NCBI GenBank assembly: GCA_965249825.1
Contig: CBDFMW010000002.1
Span: 98,644-162,643, forward strand
Origin: Spirochaetia bacterium
Lineage (GTDB): Bacteria; Spirochaetota; Spirochaetia; WRBN01
Reading direction: 5' to 3'
DNA length: 64,000 nt
Shown: positions 56,711-64,000 of the stretch, one piece after another
How the letters are laid out: each line of letters starts with the position of its first letter
Position numbering within the stretch: the first letter of the stretch is position 1
The notes under the pieces: generated by a model
Database searches by the model: none
Told to the model about the DNA's origin: nothing
Seen by the model: only the letters and a program-made list of their open reading frames with translations
Position numbers and translations under genes: made by a program

Positions 56711-58420
56711 ATGAAATCATTAGTTTTTGATAAGCTTGCAACCTCTTTGTCTGATTCCGAGCGGCTTGCAATGCTGGAGAAGATGTCTAAGAGTGGTTTG
56801 TATTCACAGTCTGTTTTATTGGTGGAAGAAGCTGATGAACAAGACTCTGGGTCTAATTTTTCCGTTGATGAGTTTTTTAGATCGCTTAGCTGGTGGGAGA
56901 GGTTGTTTATCACTCTTCTATCTTATGTGGATAAGCGTAGTAGGAATGAAGTTGTTTTAGAGAAGAAAATGGCTCGATTACGCTTGCATGTGAAATTTAA
57001 ATCTTCGGACTACATTTCTTTGTCTGCCGAACAGGATAGGTTTACCGTTTTGTTCTGTGAGAAATTACGTGAGATGAGTGATGCTTTAGAGGTGTTGCGA
57101 AGGCCTCTAGGTGATGCCTTGGGTGAAAATCGGCGTGATTTCTATGCTACATTGGTTGGGAGGGTTAATCCGTATCTCCAAGTGGGTCTTATGGAGATTA
57201 TTGATCCGGATAAAGTATCTGCATTGTATCCCGAATATGATTTAGGTGCCTTGCGTGCGATAATGGAGAGTAGTTTAGAGGATGCCTTGCGTGAAGGTGG
57301 TATGCAAAGTAAATCTCTTATGGATGAGTATGTGCGTACTTTGGCGCATTTAGAGCGATTGGTGGATTTTGATTTTGAACGCTGTTTTGCCTGCTATAGC
57401 AATGATGGGAGCTGTGCTGCTCATTTGCTTGTAAAGTCTTTAGAGAAGTTGAGTGATATTTTCTTTTCTTTTAAGAAAGCTCCTCAGTATGATTTAGTTT
57501 TAATGATTTTTCTTTTTAGCTATGGCTTAAGGGGTATGAAGGATGAAAATGTTGCTTCGGTGTTCGCAGAAGATTTAGCTGCGGTAGGTCGAGCTTTGTT
57601 GATTGTTAAAGAGTTTAATAAAATAGGTCTTTCGGATATTTTACGAGTCCTAAATGCCGATTATTTTTATGCACCACAGTTACTGTCTGGTGGCGAGGAT
57701 TGGTTGAGTCTTTATCGGAATTTTTGGCAATCAAGGGGTAATCGGCTTTATAAAAAGTTTGTTGCCAGTAAAAAATCAGATGAAATGGCCTATAAAATGC
57801 AGTTGATTTTTGGGTATGATAGAGAGCCTTTTTTCCCCGGCTATCGTCGAGAGGAGTGGAATGAACAGCTTTTTGTGCCACAGACACCAGGTGCGTTGGG
57901 TTTTAGCTATTATTTCTATAAGGAGATTTATCTTAAGAAATGCAAGAAGTTTTTCGATTGGATTTCCACTGAAGGTAGTTTTTTTAAAAAAGATAATGAA
58001 CGAAGTTTTTCCGATGCTTTGGAGGCGATGGAGGGATTGGGCGATAATTTTAAAGTTTTATTGAATGGGTTTTCGGCTAATAATGGTGTTTATCGTGCGC
58101 GTATCGAAGAGTTGTCTTCTCGTGAAGTTGTGAGTGGATTAAATTCCTTTAAAATACAGGTTGAACGCGAAGTGGGAAGCGTTTTGGAGAAGTCTGGACA
58201 AAATCTTCGCGTTATCGCTGATGTTTTATCGGGTCTTTTGCGTAAATGTTTGGGTGGCAGGTATGATACTTTGACCAATTTTGATGAATTGTCTAGGATG
58301 TTGCCAAATTTCAAGAGCCAGTTGGAGCAATTCTATGAAGTGATCGATAACGCTAGCACGTATATTATAGATAAACGTGATCTTGAGCATCGGATAGCAC
58401 ATATGGAGCGTGATAAATAA
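56711..58420 (+). CDS. hypothetical protein (569 aa)
   Basis: long ORF with plausible codon usage; no motif recognised. Confidence 0.5.
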   Translation: MKSLVFDKLATSLSDSERLAMLEKMSKSGLYSQSVLLVEEADEQDSGSNFSVDEFFRSLSWWERLFITLLSYVDKRSRNEVVLEKKMARLRLHVKFKSSDYISLSAEQDRFTVLFCEKLREMSDALEVLRRPLGDALGENRRDFYATLVGRVNPYLQVGLMEIIDPDKVSALYPEYDLGALRAIMESSLEDALREGGMQSKSLMDEYVRTLAHLERLVDFDFERCFACYSNDGSCAAHLLVKSLEKLSDIFFSFKKAPQYDLVLMIFLFSYGLRGMKDENVASVFAEDLAAVGRALLIVKEFNKIGLSDILRVLNADYFYAPQLLSGGEDWLSLYRNFWQSRGNRLYKKFVASKKSDEMAYKMQLIFGYDREPFFPGYRREEWNEQLFVPQTPGALGFSYYFYKEIYLKKCKKFFDWISTEGSFFKKDNERSFSDALEAMEGLGDNFKVLLNGFSANNGVYRARIEELSSREVVSGLNSFKIQVEREVGSVLEKSGQNLRVIADVLSGLLRKCLGGRYDTLTNFDELSRMLPNFKSQLEQFYEVIDNASTYIIDKRDLEHRIAHMERDK

Positions 58421-58435
58421 CACTCGTATAGGGGG

Positions 58436-60184
58436 GTGGTGTATATGTTGATTAAAGACGAAATTGTGAAAGGGTTTGTTGAAGTTTTTTTAGAAAATTT
58501 TCCCGAAGTTAAAACTTTTGAACCAACGGTAGAGCGTCCAAAAGATGATACGTTGGGCGATGTTGCCATACCTTTATTTAATATTGCTAAAACCCTTAGG
58601 CAGGCACCTCCTGTTATTGCCACTAAAGTTGTTGATGCTTTTAAAGTTCGTTATCCACATGTTCATATGCAGTCTGTTGGGGCTTATGTCAATATTTACC
58701 TCGATCGTGCGTCTAATACTGAGCGAACACTGACGGCAGTTAATGAGTATTATGGCGAAACCTCTGCTTTGTCTGATAAAAAAATCATGATAGAGTTTTC
58801 AGGACCGAATACCAATAAGCCGTTGCACCTTGGGCATATGCGCAACAACGCCTTAGGCGAGAGTGTAAGCCGTTTACTTGTGGCCGCAGGGGCCAATGTT
58901 TACAAGGTGAATATCGTCAACGATCGAGGTGTGCATATTTGTAAAAGTATGTTAGCCTACAAGCTTTTTGCGCAAGGCGCTACTCCGACCAGCACAGGTA
59001 AAAAGAGCGATCATTTTGTGGGCGATTATTACGTTAAGTATTCACAGTGGAGTGAGAGCAATCCTGAGGCTGAAGCCATGATTATTGCCATGTTGAACGA
59101 CTGGGAGGCAGGTCATGGGGAGACGCGTGCCTTGTGGCGCATGATGAATGATTGGGCAATTGATGGCATTCGTGAAACCTATCAGCGCACTGGGATTAGC
59201 TTTGATAAAATTTACTACGAAAGTGAAACCTATCTGTCTGGACAGGATTTGGTCAAGAAAGGTCTCGATGATGGCGTTTTTTATAAAGATGCCGATGGGT
59301 CAATTCGCCTTGATGTAACCGAGATAACACTAGGTGCTAAGGAAGATGAAAAGATTCCGGGTAAAGTGTTTTTACGTGGGGATGGAACGAGTGTGTACAT
59401 CACGCAGGATGTGGGAACAGCCGTGCAGAGACATGTGGATTTTCCTTTTGATCAATTAATTTATGTGGTGGCACATGAACAAAAGCGTCATTTTGAAATT
59501 TTATTTTATGCACTAAAAAAGTTGGGGTATAAATGGGCGGAGTCAATGTATCATCTGTCGTACGGCATGGTTAACTTAACTTCTGGTAAAATGAAGAGTC
59601 GAGAAGGCACGGTTGTGGATGCAGACCAGTTGCTGGATGATTTGGAAGTGCTGGTTACTGAGGAAATTACACTGAAAGGACGTGCCACAGAGGTGGGATC
59701 ACAGACGGCATTTAGCGTGGCACTTGGTGCCATTCACTACTTCTTGTTGCAGATTGCACCAGGAAAAGATATGCTGTTTGACCCTGTTGCTTCTTTAAGC
59801 TTTAATGGCAACACAGGTCCATATCTTCAATATGCCTATGCCCGTATTTCTGCAATGCTACGCCGTCCTGAGGCAATGGATCTAGTGAATCATGCCATTG
59901 ATTATGCGTTATTGGCACATGATGAAGAGTGGCGTTTAACCAAATTGGTGGGTGATTTTCCGCAGATTATGCAGAAAGCAGCCCTTGAGTATAACCCCTC
60001 ATTGGTGGCGATGTTCATGTATGATGTGGCTAAAACGTTTAACAAATACTACCATGATGTGGTGATTTTATCAGATGATAAACCTGAGTTAGTGGCATCG
60101 CGTCTACAGCTTTGTCGTTGTGTGGGTCACGTTTTACGAAAAGGGTTAGAGGTTTTGGCTATTCCAGTTTTGGAGAAAATGTAG
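58436..60184 (+). CDS. argS: arginine--tRNA ligase
   Basis: PNTNKPLHLGHMRN HIGH motif, ArgRS anticodon-binding C-terminus. Confidence 0.9.
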   Translation: MVYMLIKDEIVKGFVEVFLENFPEVKTFEPTVERPKDDTLGDVAIPLFNIAKTLRQAPPVIATKVVDAFKVRYPHVHMQSVGAYVNIYLDRASNTERTLTAVNEYYGETSALSDKKIMIEFSGPNTNKPLHLGHMRNNALGESVSRLLVAAGANVYKVNIVNDRGVHICKSMLAYKLFAQGATPTSTGKKSDHFVGDYYVKYSQWSESNPEAEAMIIAMLNDWEAGHGETRALWRMMNDWAIDGIRETYQRTGISFDKIYYESETYLSGQDLVKKGLDDGVFYKDADGSIRLDVTEITLGAKEDEKIPGKVFLRGDGTSVYITQDVGTAVQRHVDFPFDQLIYVVAHEQKRHFEILFYALKKLGYKWAESMYHLSYGMVNLTSGKMKSREGTVVDADQLLDDLEVLVTEEITLKGRATEVGSQTAFSVALGAIHYFLLQIAPGKDMLFDPVASLSFNGNTGPYLQYAYARISAMLRRPEAMDLVNHAIDYALLAHDEEWRLTKLVGDFPQIMQKAALEYNPSLVAMFMYDVAKTFNKYYHDVVILSDDKPELVASRLQLCRCVGHVLRKGLEVLAIPVLEKM

Positions 60185-61286
60185 GTGCTAAAAGATTTAT
60201 CTTTGCCGATACGCAAGCTAGAACAAGACATTAAACTCACTTGGGGGCGGCTTTGACCCCTCCAAGTTACAGCGTGAAGTTTTTGAACTAGAGCGTAAAA
60301 GCGAGGATCCCTCTTTTTGGTTAGATAATCAATCAGCTGGTAAGTTATTGGTTCAGGTTAAACGTCTACGCGATAGATATGAGCCTTGGCAAATATTAGA
60401 AGCACAGCTTCAAGATTTAATGACACTGTTTGAATTGGCTACGGAGGCTGCTGATGAAACGCTGGGAGGCGAGATAGAAACACTCATTACTCAAATAACT
60501 TGCGAATTTTTACGTTTAACCACGCTGGAAAGATTGAAGGAAGAGGCTGACCCTTTGTCATCCTTTGTTACCATTCATGCAGGGGCTGGTGGCACAGAGG
60601 CCTGCGACTGGGTGCGTATGCTGTATCGTATGTATGACCGCTACGCTCAGCGCAAAGGCTTTGCGGTGGAAGTATTGGATATGCAAGAAGATGAAGGTGG
60701 CTTGCGTGAGATTAGCCTCCGGATTGATGGGGACTTTTCTTACGGCTTTTTAAAGGGTGAGACGGGCATTCATCGACTGGTACGCATTTCACCTTTCGAT
60801 TCAGCAGCACGTCGGCACACCAGTTTTGCCTCGGTGTACGTTTCCCCCGTGTTAGATGATACTATTGAAATTAACATTAGACCAGATGACATCCGCGTGG
60901 ACACCTATCGGGCCTCAGGGGCTGGTGGGCAGAAGGTGAATAAAACTTCCTCTGCGGTGCGACTCACGCATTTTGAGTCAGGAATTGTGGTGGCTTGCCA
61001 GAGCGAACGCAGCCAATTTAAAAATAAAGACATTGCTTTTGACATCTTGAAAAGTCGCCTGTACGACTTTTATAAAGAACGGCGTGATGCCGAACGAGCC
61101 AGCAAGGCGGCAGAAAAGAAGGAGATTGGGTTTGGGCATCAAACGCGCAACTATGTGTTTCAGCCCTATACCATGGTGAAGGATGTGCGTACCAAGGCTG
61201 AGACCACAGCGGTAGCGGCCGTTATGGATGGCGACATAGAGATCTTTATTGATGCTTACTTAGAGATGCTTTGGGCACAGGAATAA
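60185..61286 (+). CDS. prfB: peptide chain release factor 2 with programmed +1 frameshift
   Basis: GTG start 60185; frame-0 ends ...TGG GGG CGG CTT TGA C (shift site 60251-60257, SD-like GGGGG upstream); downstream frame gives SPF, RASGAGGQKVNKTSSAVR GGQ motif. Confidence 0.85.
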
Positions 61287-62645
61287 ATGCGTTTTTGGGG
61301 TTTATTCATTGTTTTGTCCACTCATGCTTTATCCGCCACCACATTTAAGATTGGTTTTACGTCATTAGCTTTAGATAAAAACTACGCCACTATGCAGGTG
61401 GAACAGCAGATTTTTTTACAACTTGAAGCCATGACAGTGCATCTGATGAGTTCTACGCGGCAACACTATCAGCAAGAGCGAGCACATAATGAAGAAATTA
61501 TGCGCCTGCAGAAGCAACTATCTATAGATCAGCAATATTATGACCGCCTGTGCTTAACTTTTCAGCCAAATTTGAAAGAATTGATGCAAAAGAAGAGTGC
61601 TTTAAACAAACAAACCAAAGCTTTGGTAAAGGCTCAAAAGGCTTCATTTATTCCCGTTGATGAACTGGCTTTCATGTCGGTCGAAAGATTTTATGAGCGT
61701 TATAGTAACTCGCTTATGGTGCGCAATACGACCGTGGATGTGTGGGTGAGCGGCAGTATTCAGCTTGTGCGGGAGGATAGTCTTTATATCATGATAGAGT
61801 TGCACGACACGCTCACCTCCCAGACAACTGTCATTTATCGTGGCACAGTTAAGCCTGATAACTTTGAAAGTGTGGGTCGTGAGGTGCTAGATACGGGCAG
61901 ACAGCTGTTATTGGGGCGTGATTGGGCGGCTCTTGAGGTGGTAGGGGATGACTTACCACCCACTATTGCGATGCAATGGGGGCAACAGCGCATTCGTTTT
62001 CCGATGAGTTTTGAAAACTTGATGCCCGAGCAAAACACTTTAACGATTGCCGGGCTTGGACGTGAACGAATCAGTCAAGAACTCATTCTTCCTCCCAATC
62101 AGCGCACCCGTTTTGTTTTCACCGCAGCGATGAGTTTACAGGATCATACCCTCATAGAGAGTGTGCCTAGGGGTGCCCGCATCTATATTGATGGGGTGTA
62201 TGTGGGTGTTGCCCCATTATTTGTTCCTGTAGGACAGTACCAAGTGGTCAGCGCTCATCTGGATCAGCACTTGCCAATCGCACGCCATGCTGGTAAAGCG
62301 AATGAGTTAAAGCTTGTTTTAGGCAGAGATTATGAGGAACAATCAGCATTTATTAAAGCACAACAACATCGTTTTCGTATCAGTTCGGGTTTGTTCACTT
62401 TTTCGCTTTTAGGCCCTTTAATTTTGCACAATTTCGCACTCGATTACCGTCAGAAAAGTGCTGCTCTTTCAGCCTTTGGAGATGTCGAAGCAGCATTACG
62501 TGCTACACAAATGGCACGCTATTTTGATTATGGGCTGTGGGGGAGTGGAGCTCTTTCAGCTGGCTTGCTAGGTTTATCTATTTATCATCTTTATGGCTAT
62601 GTGGAAAGTAGTAAGCCTACCACGGTGCCGGAGAATGGGAAGTGA
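61287..62645 (+). CDS. secreted hypothetical protein with PEGA-like domain
   Basis: Signal peptide; ESVPRGARIYIDGVYVGVAPLFVPVG PEGA-like motif. Confidence 0.5.
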   Translation: MRFWGLFIVLSTHALSATTFKIGFTSLALDKNYATMQVEQQIFLQLEAMTVHLMSSTRQHYQQERAHNEEIMRLQKQLSIDQQYYDRLCLTFQPNLKELMQKKSALNKQTKALVKAQKASFIPVDELAFMSVERFYERYSNSLMVRNTTVDVWVSGSIQLVREDSLYIMIELHDTLTSQTTVIYRGTVKPDNFESVGREVLDTGRQLLLGRDWAALEVVGDDLPPTIAMQWGQQRIRFPMSFENLMPEQNTLTIAGLGRERISQELILPPNQRTRFVFTAAMSLQDHTLIESVPRGARIYIDGVYVGVAPLFVPVGQYQVVSAHLDQHLPIARHAGKANELKLVLGRDYEEQSAFIKAQQHRFRISSGLFTFSLLGPLILHNFALDYRQKSAALSAFGDVEAALRATQMARYFDYGLWGSGALSAGLLGLSIYHLYGYVESSKPTTVPENGK

Positions 62646-62770
62646 GTTGTACTTGCACCTTCCTGAACTCTTATTAGTTTGTAAAAATATTGCTATAATG
62701 TCAAATATGTAGTAACATCTAGGAAGACTACAGTATGCAGTTATATTATACACTGATAAGGGGGTTCAAA

Positions 62771-62950
62771 ATGAACTCAGAAGATATTATTTGTCCATGT
62801 GCTGGTATATCCAAGCGGGAGATAGAGCAGGCAATGGTTGATAACAAGATCACTACTTTTGACGAGATGTGCACAGCCACGCCGGCAGGTAGCTTTTGTG
62901 GGCAATGTCGTGATGACATTCAGGCAGTGATTGATGAAAAACTAGGCTAA
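62771..62950 (+). CDS. BFD-like (2Fe-2S)-binding domain protein
   Basis: CPCAG ... CGQC cysteine pattern typical of bacterioferritin-associated ferredoxin domain; AAGGGGG RBS. Confidence 0.6.
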   Translation: MNSEDIICPCAGISKREIEQAMVDNKITTFDEMCTATPAGSFCGQCRDDIQAVIDEKLG

Positions 62951-62965
62951 GGTCTGGTGAAAATA

Positions 62966-63016
62966 CAAAAAAAAGCCTCACTACCCTAAAAAGTAGTGAG
63001 GCTTTTTTTTTTTTTC
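62966..63016. terminator. bidirectional rho-independent terminator
   Basis: aaaaaaaagcctcactac-cctaaaaa-gtagtgaggc followed by T13. Confidence 0.75.
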
Positions 63017-63024
63017 TATGAATA

Positions 63025-63098
63025 TGCCCCGAAGAGGATTCGAACCTCCACTCTACTGCTTAGGAGGCAGTGGCTTTATCCAGTTAAGCTACCGAAGC
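63025..63098 (-). tRNA. tRNA-Arg (anticodon CCU), unusual acceptor stem with three G.U pairs
   Basis: Minus-strand cloverleaf: D-stem GCUU/AAGC, anticodon stem ACUGC/GCAGU, loop CU-CCU-AA, T-loop GGTTCGAATCC; acceptor GCUUCGG/UCGGGGC. Confidence 0.6.
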
Positions 63099-63172
63099 GT
63101 TGATAAACCACTCTAGCATAAAGGGGCAGGTTAGGCAAGGTGAGCTAGAGTGGTTTTTCGAAACAATAAAAA

Positions 63173-64000
63173 TTATTTTTTCAGGGCGATAATTCCTGGA
63201 AGCGTTTTACCCTCTAGGTACTCAAGGCTGGCACCACCACCGGTGGAAACATGCGACATCTTATCAGCCAGACCAAACTTGTTCACGGCCGCCACACTAT
63301 CACCGCCGCCTACTACGGAAATGCCTCCACGAGCTTTCACCTCGCCTACGGCTAAGGCTACTTCACGAGTGCCACTTTCATAGTTGCTGAACTCAAACAC
63401 ACCCAATGGCCCATTCCAAACCACAGTTTTGGCATTGGCTAGGGCAGCCTTATAAAGGGCTACACTCTTAGGTCCAGCATCAAGACCCATAAGATCATCC
63501 GCTAAGTCAGCTCCGTCTACATAAATAGCTGGCTCATCGGCAAAATTTTTAGAGGCTTGGTGATCTACTGGTAAAAGGATTTGCACATTTTTTTCAGCAG
63601 CCACCTTCATTAGGTTTTTTGCTACATCGATAAAGTCATCTTCCACCAAGCTTTTCCCCACGGTGTGTCCTTGAGCCTTCAAGAAGGTGAACGCCATGCC
63701 ACCGCCAATTATGAGTACCGAAGCATTTTTCAGTAGGCTTTCTAGCACCGCGATTTTAGAGGACACTTTAGCTCCACCTACGATAGCTACCATCGGTTTT
63801 ACAGGGGCAGTTACGATAGGGTCAAGATACTGCACTTCTTTTTCCATGAGTAAACCGGCATAGGCTGACAAGTGATGGGCTAGCGTCTCAGTACTGGCGT
63901 GGGCTCGGTGAGCTGTGCCAAAGGCATCATTCACATACACATCCCCTAGTAAGGCCAACTCTTTTGCCATAGCTTCACGCTGGTCAGCTTCTTTGCTGGT
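63173..64000 (-). CDS. pgk: phosphoglycerate kinase (3' portion; 5' end beyond window)
   Basis: [39 protein letters not shown]. Confidence 0.9.
   Translation of the reverse strand, partial: TSKEADQREAMAKELALLGDVYVNDAFGTAHRAHASTETLAHHLSAYAGLLMEKEVQYLDPIVTAPVKPMVAIVGGAKVSSKIAVLESLLKNASVLIIGGGMAFTFLKAQGHTVGKSLVEDDFIDVAKNLMKVAAEKNVQILLPVDHQASKNFADEPAIYVDGADLADDLMGLDAGPKSVALYKAALANAKTVVWNGPLGVFEFSNYESGTREVALAVGEVKARGGISVVGGGDSVAAVNKFGLADKMSHVSTGGGASLEYLEGKTLPGIIALKK

Noticed and set aside
63003-63016. T13 homopolymer as contingency locus
   Set aside because: It is the T-run of a bidirectional terminator between the BFD-like gene and tRNA-Arg, and is not inside a CDS or promoter spacer.

Overview
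This 64-kb window looks like spirochete chromosome, judged from the 16S sequence and gene content (ftsH, gatCA, ruvB, rho, gyrB, smpB, rny-ymdB, argS, prfB, pgk). Overall GC is moderate with several AT-rich islets. Housekeeping blocks alternate with accessory or defense-like regions. (1) A minus-strand operon at about 7.6-14.3 kb encodes a paralogous family of repeat-motif proteins interleaved with a HEPN (Rx4H) protein and an XAT-class (Vat/CatB-like) acetyltransferase, followed by a Type II R-M pair (C5-MTase plus PD-ExK REase). (2) A tRNA-Thr-associated islet at 26.8-30.4 kb carries an Abi_2 (AbiD/F-like) HEPN gene overlapping the tRNA, an AT-rich two-gene module of unknown function and a HicB-like gene. 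(3) A cassette of about 3.9 kb (32.7-36.7 kb) is bracketed by 27/30-identical 30-bp direct repeats. It carries a prokaryotic viperin-like radical-SAM gene (interrupted by a single in-frame TAA), a membrane-anchored coiled-coil protein with five 75-bp tandem repeats, and an HNH-nuclease/4-TM protein split by a 17-bp tandem duplication. This looks like a decaying and possibly undescribed pVip-containing three-gene defense cassette. Other notable features: a stand-alone 16S rRNA gene with its own near-consensus sigma70 promoter and terminator and no linked 23S/5S or spacer tRNAs; a 1762-aa single-chain eukaryote-type multidomain biotin carboxylase (BC-BCCP-CT) downstream of lacAB-ptsH; prfB with the canonical CUU-UGA-C +1 frameshift site; three tRNAs (Thr-CGU, Glu-CUC, Arg-CCU); an in-frame (HYAK)x3 12-bp repeat inside the MTase; and a perfect 43-bp tandem duplication at a gene start. 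No CRISPR array, integrase or transposase was recognised.
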